From contig CAVRAG010000007.1 in the NCBI GenBank assembly GCA_963718895.1, positions 672,001 to 736,000 on the forward strand: a DNA stretch of 64,000 nt, given 5' to 3'. Position numbers and translations under genes: made by a program. Positions 10,439 to 20,167 of the stretch are shown here, one piece after another. This DNA is from an uncultured Nitrososphaerota archaeon. GTDB lineage: Archaea; Thermoproteota; Nitrososphaeria; Nitrososphaerales; Gagatemarchaeaceae. Within the stretch, counting starts at the first letter, position 1. Every line of letters begins with the position of its first letter. The notes under the pieces were generated by a model. It did no database searches and was not told the DNA's origin. It worked only from the letters and a program-made list of their open reading frames with translations.

Positions 10439-11272
10439 ATGGGCTCGGTGGTCGACCCGGCCAACCGCGAGCGCAGCCTTCACTCTTCAGCGGGAGATGT
10501 GCTCCAGCTTACGCTCGTCGGTCTGCCCGTCGCCGCGTTCGTTCTGGTCATGGTGTGGCTCTCCGAGGACCGCATCGCCCCCTCTGCCGCCGTCGAGGGC
10601 TCGTCGTCGAATCCCCTGGGCATCCTCACCTCGAACTTCGTCTACGACGGTTCGGTCAACGTCCTGAACATCGTGGCGTCTTCGGTCTTCCTTCTGCTGG
10701 TCCTGTTGTACTACCCGAAGGCCCTGCGCACCTTCTTGGCATACCTCCTGCCCTTTGTGGCGGTCGCCTGCGGCGGCTTCGCGGAGCTCACCGCCATCTC
10801 GACGGTCTACGCCACGCCGGCTATCTGCGGGACCTCCTGCTCCTTCTACGGGATGTCAGGGGTCTCCAACGGTGTCGTCGGATTCACCATCGCGAGTTTC
10901 CTCGTCTGCTTCGGGATCATGATACTGCAGAAGAGGGGACGCCTTGCGACTATGGAGCGCACTCCGTTGCGCTCAAGCCGGCCGAGGAACCAGATAGGTC
11001 TGGTCCTGGCGTTCTGTGGGTACCTAGTGCTTCTGCTGATCTTCGCAGGGCTGATAGTCTTTCCCACCACCGGCCAGGGTGCGCCGGGGACGGGTACGGC
11101 AGGTCCCCCTCCTCCCCCCGCCATCTTCGCCCAGACACCTCCCGTCGCCTTCGTGCACTCCGCGAGCCTCGCCTACGGCTTTCTGCTCTCGATTGGGGTC
11201 TTCTTGCTCGTGAACCGGCGCTACCGGATCTTCGTCCCATCGGCTAGTCAGGACCCGGCGCCAAATGCGTAA
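10439..11272 (+). CDS. Rhomboid-like intramembrane serine protease
   Basis: Multiple TM segments, ILTSNFVY, YGMSG (GxSG) and a C-terminal TM His (AFVHS). Confidence 0.6.
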   Translation: MGSVVDPANRERSLHSSAGDVLQLTLVGLPVAAFVLVMVWLSEDRIAPSAAVEGSSSNPLGILTSNFVYDGSVNVLNIVASSVFLLLVLLYYPKALRTFLAYLLPFVAVACGGFAELTAISTVYATPAICGTSCSFYGMSGVSNGVVGFTIASFLVCFGIMILQKRGRLATMERTPLRSSRPRNQIGLVLAFCGYLVLLLIFAGLIVFPTTGQGAPGTGTAGPPPPPAIFAQTPPVAFVHSASLAYGFLLSIGVFLLVNRRYRIFVPSASQDPAPNA

Positions 11273-11298
11273 ATACCCGTGGCCCCGGTTTTTTGCAC

Positions 11299-11547
11299 AT
11301 GTCTGAAACTCAAGAACGAGCCGGAGGCTTGGATAGGGGGATGCTAGCGGGGCTGCTAGAGGCTCTTGCCAACAAACACTCGGAGCTGGACCTCAATTTC
11401 CAGAGGGTGAGCGTAACGCTCCCGAACGTGCGGATGAGCGTCGAACTGAACGGCATGATCACAGTCTCGGTACACATGCGGGACATGACCGAGGAAGAGA
11501 GGAAGGCGTTGTCTGCCAAGAGAGTCGAGATGCTCTCTACGGCCTGA
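11299..11547 (+). CDS. Small hypothetical protein
   Basis: Clean ORF; TAAATA upstream near 11270. Confidence 0.7.
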   Translation: MSETQERAGGLDRGMLAGLLEALANKHSELDLNFQRVSVTLPNVRMSVELNGMITVSVHMRDMTEEERKALSAKRVEMLSTA

Positions 11548-11569
11548 TGCCCAGCCCGTCGCCCCCTGG

Positions 11570-11953
11570 CTATTTCAGGGCGTCGAGCAGGCCCTTCAGC
11601 TTCAACGGGTTGACGCTCATGTGCCCCGTCAGCCTCGAGACCCCGCTTCCAATCACCGCCGCTCGGCTCCCCTCGTTGTAGAGCGTGAGCCTCCATCCGA
11701 GGCGCGATAGCTCTCTGGCGATCGACTCGGCGCCCCTGAGGGGGTGGGATTCCCGCCCCTCCTGCTTCTCCATGAGGTCCGAGAGCTTGAGTCCCGCCTC
11801 CTTCGCTCCCTGGATTTCCACGTCCAGCGTCCGCTGCTGGGAGTCTATGGAGAGCAGGGGGAATCCACCCACGGTTACGGTGATCGCTCCAGAGGAAAGA
11901 AGGGAGAGGAGGTTGAGCGGGCCCGAGCCCGCGCCGTCCTTGTCTGAAGGCAT
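11570..11953 (-). CDS. Hypothetical protein
   Basis: Clean 127-aa ORF with typical codon usage, convergent with the previous gene. Confidence 0.75.
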   Translation of the reverse strand: MPSDKDGAGSGPLNLLSLLSSGAITVTVGGFPLLSIDSQQRTLDVEIQGAKEAGLKLSDLMEKQEGRESHPLRGAESIARELSRLGWRLTLYNEGSRAAVIGSGVSRLTGHMSVNPLKLKGLLDALK

Positions 11954-12096
11954 GTCTGTTCTTCTCTGCCTCTGTCACTGATAAAGGTGCGCGACGGGGT
12001 GTTGTGAGCCTCCGACGCGCGCCCGCGGGTGACACAGTCACATCATACGGTGACTTTATTCTGGGGCCACTTGTTGGCCGTCGAGGCTTCTAGAGT

Positions 12097-13023
12097 ATGA
12101 AAGGGAAGAAACGGATCATATTCGACTGCGACCCTGGAGTAGACGACGCTCTCGCTCTTGTCCTGGCTCTGAACTCAGGACAGGTGGAGCTTGCAGGGAT
12201 AACCACGGTCTCTGGGAACGTGTCGGTGAACCAGACCACGCTGAACGCGTGCAGGCTCCTGGACTACCTGGGACAGGACATCCCAGTCTCCAGGGGGGCG
12301 AGCCGGCCCCTGAAGACACGGCCCTCGCACGCCGCAAGAGTGCACGGGAGCGATGGTCTGGGGGACAGCTCACTGCTCCCTCGGGGCTCGACTAGGAGGC
12401 CCGAACGCGAGGGGGCGGCGGGATTCATCGCACGGTCGGTCGAGTCCGGAACGAAGACAATCGTAGCCACCGGTCCGCTGACCAACATCGCGCTGGCGTT
12501 CCGGGGAAGTCCGAAGGCCATGAGGGGTGTGGAAGAGCTGATAATCATGGGCGGCGCGATCCGAGTTCCCGGCAACGTGGACAGCGTGTCCGAGTTCAAC
12601 TTCTACGCCGACCCCGATGCTGCGGATTACGTGGTGCAGAAGACCACGGTCCCCAAAGTTCTCGTACCGCTCGACGCCACTCACAGGGTCATCCTCGCCC
12701 CCGCGGATCTCGACCAGATTCGCGATTCCCAGTCCGGGAAGCTCGTCAAATCGGTGGTTGCCAAGTACCAGGGTGAGTACATCAGTTCTGGTCTCCCGGG
12801 GAGTCCGTTGCACGACCCTCTGGCGATGGGCTACTGCATTGACAGGTCCTTCCTCGAGCTCCAACCGATGCAACTCCGTGTCGAGACCTCAGGAATCTAC
12901 ACCAGGGGAATGTGCGTCCCCGAGGAGAGGACCAAGATTCATAGGAGGCCCAACATCAAAGTCGCTCTCGGGGTTGACTCGGAGAGGTTCCTGGACTACT
13001 TCAAGGGGACCGTCTCGAGGTAG
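12097..13023 (+). CDS. Inosine/uridine-preferring nucleoside hydrolase
   Basis: DCDPGVDD, VHGSDGLG, TGPLTN, EFNFYADP and LHDP motifs. Confidence 0.95.
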   Translation: MKGKKRIIFDCDPGVDDALALVLALNSGQVELAGITTVSGNVSVNQTTLNACRLLDYLGQDIPVSRGASRPLKTRPSHAARVHGSDGLGDSSLLPRGSTRRPEREGAAGFIARSVESGTKTIVATGPLTNIALAFRGSPKAMRGVEELIIMGGAIRVPGNVDSVSEFNFYADPDAADYVVQKTTVPKVLVPLDATHRVILAPADLDQIRDSQSGKLVKSVVAKYQGEYISSGLPGSPLHDPLAMGYCIDRSFLELQPMQLRVETSGIYTRGMCVPEERTKIHRRPNIKVALGVDSERFLDYFKGTVSR

Positions 13024-13073
13024 CCGTCGAGCACCTCGCCGGGGCCCCGGTGTGGAGACTCAAGGCATAAAAC

Positions 13074-13493
13074 ATGGGAAGGATTCGTTCGCCCATGCGA
13101 TTCACCGAGAGGCGCGAGTTCAGCGGCGACCCGGCGGTAGTCTGGGCGAGGGTCTCGAACCTTCGGGCCATTCCAACGTACTGGCACGGAACCAGGGTTT
13201 TCAGCGTAACCCAGGTCGGCGGCAAGACCGAGGCAGAAGTGGTCTTCGCATTCGGTGGAAAGGGCAGAGCCGAGGTGTCCGTCGACGAGAAGCATAGGAC
13301 ACTCGCCATAGAGTACCTGGAGGGACCCTTCAGGGGCACCCAGACCGTGGCCGTCACCGACCGCGCCGTTCAGGCTGACTGGGACGTGGCCTTCAAGGGG
13401 ACATTCAAGGTGCTCGGTCCCTGGAACGCGTCACACTTCAGGTCCGGGACGCGTCACACGCTCGAGAGGATCTGCGCGACCCCGACGGTCTGA
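13074..13493 (+). CDS. SRPBCC/polyketide cyclase family protein
   Basis: Size and VWARVSNLRAIPTYWHG pattern. Confidence 0.75.
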   Translation: MGRIRSPMRFTERREFSGDPAVVWARVSNLRAIPTYWHGTRVFSVTQVGGKTEAEVVFAFGGKGRAEVSVDEKHRTLAIEYLEGPFRGTQTVAVTDRAVQADWDVAFKGTFKVLGPWNASHFRSGTRHTLERICATPTV

Positions 13494-13545
13494 GCATCCA
13501 TCAGGACGAATCTGGGGAAGAGCGTGGGATCTGTATCCTTCCACT

Positions 13546-14436
13546 TCAGACGGTTATCCCCGTCTCGGCCCTGATCACATATCCGAAGACGTAGAGGGCC
13601 ACGGTCACGCCTAGAAGTATTCCGAGCAGTTCGAGATAGTCGCGCGTGAACGGCTTGGTCGATATGATCGCACTGTAGTAGGAGGCGAACGTGACTATCA
13701 CAACGGCAAGCACCATGGAGACGCCGATGGCGTAAATCTGGCTCCCTGTGAGGAAGTAGGGTGTCGCTAGGACGAGCGCCGTGACGAAGTACGAGATACC
13801 GGTGTATGCAGCGGAGAGCTTCGCGGACCCTTTGAAGCCCTGCTTAGCCTGGGCGTAGGCCGCGGAGGCCATCGCAAGTGAAGCGGCGCCCCCCGCGATT
13901 ATGCCTGCGAGCCCCGCTATCTCGGTCTTGTTGTAGATTCCGAGCGACCCCGCGTGGATCCCGGTTATCTCGACGAGCGCATCGGCCAGACCCAGAACCA
14001 CGAAGGAGATGTACCGGATGGTGGAACTCTCGATTCCGCCGCTCAGATCGTTCTCGTGCTGCTCCTCGTCGGCGAGGACCTCTTCGAACGCCGCCTTGTC
14101 CTCGGGAGGCACGAGGTGGGCGACCGCCCTGTACCTCTTGAGGGAGTCCGCCTCATGCCTCTCGAGGTAGCGTATGGAGAAGGTGAGTCCGAATATCCTC
14201 TTGAAGATGAGCGCTCTGCGGATAAGTCCGGTGTTCAGTCGCGGTTGGACATCGGGCACGAACTTTTGCCAGAACTCGAGGTGCCGGTGCTCCATAAGGG
14301 CCAGCTTCCTGAAGACCTCCACGAACGCCCCGTTGTGATGGGTCGCGGAGAGCCTGGTGTAGAGCGTATAGTCGGTGAGCTCGTCGTCGATGCCCTCTCT
14401 CGCGACCTCGACTAGAGCAGGGTCTACCGCAACCAT
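13546..14436 (-). CDS. Rubrerythrin/ferritin-like domain fused to a VIT1/CCC1 iron transporter
   Basis: EHRH..FW, DEEQHE, VLGLADALVE and SLAMASAAY motifs; start at MVAVDP. Confidence 0.9.
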   Translation of the reverse strand: MVAVDPALVEVAREGIDDELTDYTLYTRLSATHHNGAFVEVFRKLALMEHRHLEFWQKFVPDVQPRLNTGLIRRALIFKRIFGLTFSIRYLERHEADSLKRYRAVAHLVPPEDKAAFEEVLADEEQHENDLSGGIESSTIRYISFVVLGLADALVEITGIHAGSLGIYNKTEIAGLAGIIAGGAASLAMASAAYAQAKQGFKGSAKLSAAYTGISYFVTALVLATPYFLTGSQIYAIGVSMVLAVVIVTFASYYSAIISTKPFTRDYLELLGILLGVTVALYVFGYVIRAETGITV

Positions 14437-14598
14437 GCGAAGGCGCGATTTGGCCCCTCCTTTGAATCTTTTCAAGGCTGCATGATGAAAGGACGACCCG
14501 CTCCAAGCTACGGCCCGCCTGAGCCTGGGATCGCGGCCCCGACGACGCGGCGAACCCGTCGAATGATTATAAGCGACCGGGAAGCTAGAAGGGCTGGC

Positions 14599-14847
14599 AT
14601 GAAAGCTTACGTGTTCTTGGTTACGAAGGCTGGTACATCTGAGGAAGTGCTTCGGTATCTGAACAAGGTCGCGAAGGTCAAGGGTGTGACGCAGGTCGAT
14701 TCGGTCTACGGCAGGTTTGACGCCATAGTAACCGTCGAGGCCCCCGACATGGAGAGCCTGGGCGACCTGATCTACAGGGTCATCGAGAAGGTCCCGAACG
14801 TGATCCACACCGAGACCGCGCTCGCCCTGTCCCACGCCAAGGCGTGA
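14599..14847 (+). CDS. Stand-alone Lrp/AsnC ligand-binding (RAM) domain protein
   Basis: MKAYVFL...VYGRFD...VIHTET; no HTH. Confidence 0.88.
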   Translation: MKAYVFLVTKAGTSEEVLRYLNKVAKVKGVTQVDSVYGRFDAIVTVEAPDMESLGDLIYRVIEKVPNVIHTETALALSHAKA

Positions 14848-14854
14848 TCTGGCG

Positions 14855-15250
14855 TTGGCCGTCATAGCCTACGTGCTGCTGAGGACGAAGCCGGGCACCT
14901 CCCACCAGATAATAGCGTCCAGGAAGATTCCGGGCGTGCAGATGGCGAGCAGCGTCTTCGGGAGGTACGACGCGGTCCTGGTGATATCTGCGAAGGACAT
15001 GGACGAGCTCTCCAGCACGCTCTACGACGTGATCGAGAAGCACCCCAACGTCGAGCACACCGAGTGCCTCATCTCGATCCCCTATCCTCCGGAAGAGAAG
15101 CCCAAGGCTCCGCCGGAGACGTACTCGGTGATATCGTTCCCGTGCCCGAGCTGCAACGGGCTGAACAGGCAGGGCTCAGCCTACTGTCACCTCTGCGGGT
15201 ACGCCTTCGAGACGGCCGAGGACTTCCTAGAGGGCAAGCACGAGCGTTAG
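14855..15250 (+). CDS. Lrp/AsnC ligand-binding domain fused to a C-terminal zinc ribbon
   Basis: AYVLL...VFGRYD...HTEC, then CPSC...CHLCG. Confidence 0.85.
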   Translation: MAVIAYVLLRTKPGTSHQIIASRKIPGVQMASSVFGRYDAVLVISAKDMDELSSTLYDVIEKHPNVEHTECLISIPYPPEEKPKAPPETYSVISFPCPSCNGLNRQGSAYCHLCGYAFETAEDFLEGKHER

Positions 15251-15409
15251 GAACGTCTGCACAATCCAAGACGGCGCAGAGAGGAACGAGAGTGTGACGA
15301 GGAGACACGGGACCGAGGTCTGGGCTACTCCCGGCCGCTGGAGTTGGGCTCCCCGCGTGGGCCTTAAAGCCGCCGTCCACGTGGTCGTTGCAGCTAGGTT
15401 GGACACCTC

Positions 15410-16111
15410 TTGACCGTCTACTACACCTCGAACGAGATGAGGAGCCGGGTCCCCGGCCTCCTCGGCGTGAACGGCGTGCCGAACGAGCGCAGGGAGCTCA
15501 AGGTCGGCGATTACTTCTGTGGGGAGATATCGGTCGAGGGCACGTACGTCGGGACCCCCGTCGAGAGGAAAGAAATCGGAGACTATCTCCGCTCTATGAA
15601 CGACGGAAGGCGCGACGAACAGCTCTACAACATGTCCTACGGCTTTCCACTGTCGTACATAGTGACGATCGGCACGGCCTCGAGGGCGCTGCGGGGGACG
15701 AACGTGACGCTGAACGCCTACATCTCCTCCCTGGTGGGGTCGTCGCTGAAGCGCGCGCCAGACGGGGTGGGCGGTCAGGTGGTGACGGTCAACCTCGAGA
15801 GCGACGGCGAGTTCGTCCTCTTCCTGAAGTACCTCGACGAGAAGGTGAAGGAGGGGAGCTTCGCTCGGGTTCCGGTGATGCAGAAGCGCGCCTGGAAGCC
15901 AGAGGAACTCCTAGTCTACGTGGTCTCGAGCCTACCCGGGATAGGGGCCAAGACCGCGGACAACCTCCTGGCGCACTTCGGCTCGGTCCGCGGGGTGATG
16001 AACGCCTCGAGGGAGGAGCTGATGGAGGTCGACGGTGTCGGGCCGAAAAGGGCAGAGGAGATCCACAGCGTGCTCACTACGTCCTACGCGATCAAGGAAC
16101 TGACCCCGTAG
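15410..16111 (+). CDS. xpf: Short-form XPF/ERCC4 structure-specific nuclease with HhH domains
   Basis: GDY...VERKEIGD nuclease motif, DGR..EQL, and HhH motifs LPGIGAKTA / VDGVGPKRA. Confidence 0.88.
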   Translation: MTVYYTSNEMRSRVPGLLGVNGVPNERRELKVGDYFCGEISVEGTYVGTPVERKEIGDYLRSMNDGRRDEQLYNMSYGFPLSYIVTIGTASRALRGTNVTLNAYISSLVGSSLKRAPDGVGGQVVTVNLESDGEFVLFLKYLDEKVKEGSFARVPVMQKRAWKPEELLVYVVSSLPGIGAKTADNLLAHFGSVRGVMNASREELMEVDGVGPKRAEEIHSVLTTSYAIKELTP

Positions 16112-16224
16112 GCGGCTCAGAGCTACTCTGTATCGGTCCTTGAGTCCGCCGGAAAGGCCCAGCAACCGCCGCAGGACCGACCAACCGTTATTACCGTAGG
16201 CGAACTCGGCAGCGGGAGAGCCGT

Positions 16225-17397
16225 TTGTTCAGGGACATGGAGAACCGGAACGCTGTCGCGACTCTCATCACCGTCCAGTTCGTGTGCGCGATAAATTGGT
16301 ACAGTGTCTCTTCCGTCTTCTCACTCATCGCCTCGGACTTTCACCAGAATGTCTCCGGCCTCGGCTTGGTCACGGCCACGTTCGTGCTGGGGGTGGCGGT
16401 CTTCCAGCTCCCGGCAGGGTTGGTCGCAGCGAAGTACGGCCCCAGGAGGGCCCTGCTGCTCGGCACACTCCTCATTGCCTCCTCGTCCATCCTCATCGGC
16501 CTGGCGGACGCGGTCGTCTTCCTGACCGTACTGAGGTTCGTCGAGGGCGTCGGAGAGGCGTTCATCTTCGGACCCGGGGTCATCCTGATCATGAGGTACT
16601 TCAAGAAGGGGTCGGAGGGGCTCGGAATAGGCCTCTTCGGCGGAGCATTCGACGTCGGGGGAATCCTAGGTATCTCGGGATGGGCCGTGCTTGGTGACGT
16701 GGCAGGATGGAGGCTGAGCGTGGTCGCGGGAGGAGTCCTGGCACTCGGGGCATTCTCGCTCCTCGTCGTGATGGTTCCCAAAGACCCCGTCGTCGGCAGC
16801 CTCTCGATACGGTTCTCCGAGTTGAAGGGGATCATCCTGAACAGATGGCTGCTCATCGTGAGCGCCGGCCTCGTCGTCTCTCAGGTCGCGTTCGGCATCA
16901 ACAGCTACTTCATGGTGTACTATCTCGAAGAGAGCCTGAGGACGGGCGTGTACATCGCTGGAGCGATCGGAGGGCTCACCCTGGTTGCCTCGGTCATCGT
17001 CGCGCCGATCGTGGGGAGGGCCTTCGACAGGAGCCCGAGCCCGAAGACGATGCTGATCCTTCTCTGTCTTGCGGCGGCGGGCGGACTTGCGATAGCCGCC
17101 GTGAACTCGGTCTATGCCGCCCTGATCTCGGGCCTGGTCGTGGGAGTCGCGACCGCCGGGGCGTACGTCTTCGGGGTGGGCATCGGGAGGGCGATCGGCG
17201 GTTCGAGGAAGGAGTATGAGGCGCTCGGCATCTCCTGGATCAACGGGATAGCCCTCTTCGGCGGCGTCGTGATGCCGCTGGTCTTCTCGGTGACCGCGGC
17301 GGGGTTCGGATACCCTCTCGCCTGGGCGCTCTCGGGGGTCTTCCTGGTTCTGGTCACGGTGCCCCTGTTCGCGCTCAGAGGCGAAGCGGGGACCTAG
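16225..17397 (+). CDS. MFS transporter
   Basis: About 12 TM segments, G..AAKYGPRR motif A and LRFVEG. Confidence 0.92.
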   Translation: MFRDMENRNAVATLITVQFVCAINWYSVSSVFSLIASDFHQNVSGLGLVTATFVLGVAVFQLPAGLVAAKYGPRRALLLGTLLIASSSILIGLADAVVFLTVLRFVEGVGEAFIFGPGVILIMRYFKKGSEGLGIGLFGGAFDVGGILGISGWAVLGDVAGWRLSVVAGGVLALGAFSLLVVMVPKDPVVGSLSIRFSELKGIILNRWLLIVSAGLVVSQVAFGINSYFMVYYLEESLRTGVYIAGAIGGLTLVASVIVAPIVGRAFDRSPSPKTMLILLCLAAAGGLAIAAVNSVYAALISGLVVGVATAGAYVFGVGIGRAIGGSRKEYEALGISWINGIALFGGVVMPLVFSVTAAGFGYPLAWALSGVFLVLVTVPLFALRGEAGT

Positions 17398-17530
17398 CGG
17401 CAGGCCGGATTGACAAGTCTGGGATGGTCCTCCGAATCATCGTGCGGCGATTCGCATAGTCTTTGGGACACGTCGCACGACCCAGGTCTGGCGCAATGCG
17501 AACGCCGGCCGAAGTCTGGGCGGAGAGAAG

Positions 17531-17962
17531 TCACTTCTTCGGCGTCTTGGCTTTCTCAGAAGGCCTCGCCGCAAGCTCCAGTCTCTCAGCGATTTCCGCT
17601 TCGCTCAAATCACTTATCGGAATGCTCTGGAGGTACCTGTATCGTTCCTCGGCTTTGTCAGGGGTGAGACTCTCCACCTTCTTGGTCGCTTCAACCTTCA
17701 GCTCCCTCGGGCTCGCTTTCTCCTGCTTCGCGTCTTGCCTGGAGTACTGGAGCTTCAGCGATTCGACCACCTCGAGATTCCTTCCGCTCGTCCACTTCTC
17801 AACGGTGCTCCTGAGGCTCGACCACTGCGACGGATTCATGTTGTCCGGAAACTGTAGAGTCCGATGCGCCTTGTCGTAGTTCGCGACCGTGAACCTCTTG
17901 TCCTGTAGGTGCTCTCGTAGTTCCTCGGCCAGCGCCTCTGACGGTAGCTCGATTTTCCTCAA
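17531..17962 (-). CDS. Hypothetical protein
   Basis: 143-aa charged ORF; the best frame in the gap. Confidence 0.6.
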   Translation of the reverse strand: MRKIELPSEALAEELREHLQDKRFTVANYDKAHRTLQFPDNMNPSQWSSLRSTVEKWTSGRNLEVVESLKLQYSRQDAKQEKASPRELKVEATKKVESLTPDKAEERYRYLQSIPISDLSEAEIAERLELAARPSEKAKTPKK

Positions 17963-18069
17963 TGCCTGCCCCGACTGACAATCTTGATGGTCCGTCCTGA
18001 TATGCTTTCCTTTCTCCTAGGCTGGCGGGAGATTCGTCTGGGTGAAACATCCTTTCATAACTTTCATCT

Positions 18070-18804
18070 ATGGGAAGGCCGGCTGTGAATCCATGGTCCC
18101 TGGCGTCGCTGAGTTCCAAGACCCTGCCCGGAGCGCTTAGAGGATGGTCGATCACAGTGGATGTCAGCTCTCTGTACCTTAGGGTCTTCCTGGGAGCCAA
18201 GTCCTTCGAGTCTCCCGAGCTCGACCAGCTCGCCGGACGGATGGACGCGCTGCGCCTGCTGGACGGAGACAACCAGGAGAGGTACTTTAGGACGAAGGCG
18301 AGCGTGGCGGCTATGAGCCTCGGCAACAAGATGCTCTTCGGGGCAAGGTATTACGATCGACTTGACGAGAGTCAGAGGCTCGCCGTCGGCGCGCACGAGT
18401 TTGCCCACATGCTGACGGGAGACCACTATCACGTAGGAAGGCGGGTGTCCATCCCGTCGCTGGCGGCAACGCTCCTGCTCACCCTGGGTGCCCTGCTGGC
18501 CACGGGTTCGATGCTGCTCGCGGAATTCGTGCTCGTCGCTGGCTTTCTATCCATATTTTACATCCTATCGAGGCGCGATGCGCAACTATCACAAGAGGAA
18601 GAGCGGAGATGCGACCGGATGGCCCTCTCATTCGTCGACGGACTGGACCTGATAGCAGCCATCGAGATGGGTGGCCGCCTGGGCGGCCGGAGGTCCGAGA
18701 GAAGTCCCCCTCAAGCCGCCGGCGTCAGGAGCAGTCCCAACCTGGAAGAGAGGATCGAAATGATCGGGAAGGCGCTCGCCGGGCGCGCATCTCAGCCTCC
18801 CTAG
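18070..18804 (+). CDS. M48-like (HtpX-type) membrane zinc metallopeptidase
   Basis: AHEFAH, two TM segments, EERRCD and SPNLEERI motifs. Confidence 0.8.
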   Translation: MGRPAVNPWSLASLSSKTLPGALRGWSITVDVSSLYLRVFLGAKSFESPELDQLAGRMDALRLLDGDNQERYFRTKASVAAMSLGNKMLFGARYYDRLDESQRLAVGAHEFAHMLTGDHYHVGRRVSIPSLAATLLLTLGALLATGSMLLAEFVLVAGFLSIFYILSRRDAQLSQEEERRCDRMALSFVDGLDLIAAIEMGGRLGGRRSERSPPQAAGVRSSPNLEERIEMIGKALAGRASQPP

Positions 18805-18817
18805 GCCTCGACAGATC

Positions 18818-18991
18818 CTAGAGGGCTATCACCGTCCCGAATAGGAGAGCCAAGAGGAACAGCGCAAGGAAGACGACGAGGATGACCTTGGCTATCTCTA
18901 GTGTGAAGCCAGCTATCCCTCTGGCCCCGAGAGCGTACGCGATCAGAGCTATCACCAGGAAGACCACCGCCAGACCGAGCAGTGTTACCAA
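18818..18991 (-). CDS. DUF1328 (UPF0391) small membrane protein
   Basis: Manual translation, 57 aa: MVTLLGLAVVFLVIALIAYALGARGIAGFTLEIAKVILVVFLALFLLALLFGTVIAL. Confidence 0.85.
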   Translation of the reverse strand: MVTLLGLAVVFLVIALIAYALGARGIAGFTLEIAKVILVVFLALFLLALLFGTVIAL

Positions 18992-19240
18992 TTCGACTCT
19001 CTCCGAAGAGAGCTGTGTCCCATCTGGCTTAGTCGGTTTCTCTAGACCGCTCGCGAAAATTGTTCGGGGAGACCCCGATCGCCGTCATCTCATGAAGAAG
19101 TTGCTGACGTATTCTGAAGTCAGCGTGGCGGCCGATTGAAAGCTCGCGACACTTAGCGTTGGTGGCCGTTTCCGGTCAAGGGCAGGAGCACAAGAACTGG
19201 TTTAAGAGAGGTGAGAAACGTGACCTCTCGGGTCGACCCG

Positions 19241-20167
19241 ATGATTGCGCTCGAAGCCACGGACTTGACCAAGAAGTACAGAGGGTCGCAGAAGCCCGCC
19301 CTCGACAGGCTGAGCCTGAAGATCGAGGGAGGCCAGATATTCACGATCCTAGGTCGAAACGGGGCGGGAAAGACCACATTCCTGAGGATCGCCGGCACTC
19401 TGCTGATGCCCACGTCGGGCACGATCTCGGTGCTCGGTTTGGACGCGGTCAAGCAGGCGAAGGAGCTCAGGGAGCGCATAGCGGTCACTCCGCAAGAGGC
19501 GGATACGATATACCCGCTGACCGCCAGCGACCACGTGATGCTCGCCCTCCGCATGCGGGGGATGGACAAGTCCGTCGCCGTGGAGAAGACGCGGGCGGTC
19601 TTCGAAGAACTCGAGCTGACTGCGGTCGCCGACCAGAACTCCAGCTGGCTCTCGGGGGGCTTGAAGCAGCGGGTGATAGTGGCGATGGCGATCGCGACCG
19701 ACGCGGAGCTGATCTTTCTCGACGAACCTTCGGTCGGCCTGGATCCCGTGAACCGGAGAAGGGTCTGGGACCAGCTGACCCGCATGAAGCAGGAAGGAAA
19801 GACCATCATCCTGACGACGCACTACATGGACGAGGCGGACGCGCTATCTGACAACCTCGTGATAATCAACAAGGGCAGGCTCGTCGTCCAGGGGACCCCG
19901 CAGGGCGTCAAAGCGTCCTTCACGAACCGGAGCTCCCGCGTGGACGTCTACGACAAGTTCACGGAGCAGGACCTCAAGGCCTTCGGGCGGGTCGTCAAGG
20001 TCGCGAGCAGCTACCGGGTCATGACCGACGCCGCTGGCGCGAGGAGCCTCAGCGAAGAGGCCGTGGCGAGGGGTGCGAGCATAGCGATGAGCCCGGTGTC
20101 GCTCGACGACGTGTTCGTCGACATAGTCGGCGAGGCGGAGAAAGGGGAAAATGGATACGACGGCTAG
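19241..20167 (+). CDS. ABC-2 type transporter ATP-binding protein
   Basis: GRNGAGKT, LSGG, LDEP and THYMDEA motifs. Confidence 0.95.
   Translation: MIALEATDLTKKYRGSQKPALDRLSLKIEGGQIFTILGRNGAGKTTFLRIAGTLLMPTSGTISVLGLDAVKQAKELRERIAVTPQEADTIYPLTASDHVMLALRMRGMDKSVAVEKTRAVFEELELTAVADQNSSWLSGGLKQRVIVAMAIATDAELIFLDEPSVGLDPVNRRRVWDQLTRMKQEGKTIILTTHYMDEADALSDNLVIINKGRLVVQGTPQGVKASFTNRSSRVDVYDKFTEQDLKAFGRVVKVASSYRVMTDAAGARSLSEEAVARGASIAMSPVSLDDVFVDIVGEAEKGENGYDG

Noticed and set aside
13546-14865. 439-aa version of the ferritin-VIT1 ORF
   Set aside because: The N-terminal extension is antisense to the Lrp-domain gene; the start at 14436 is more plausible
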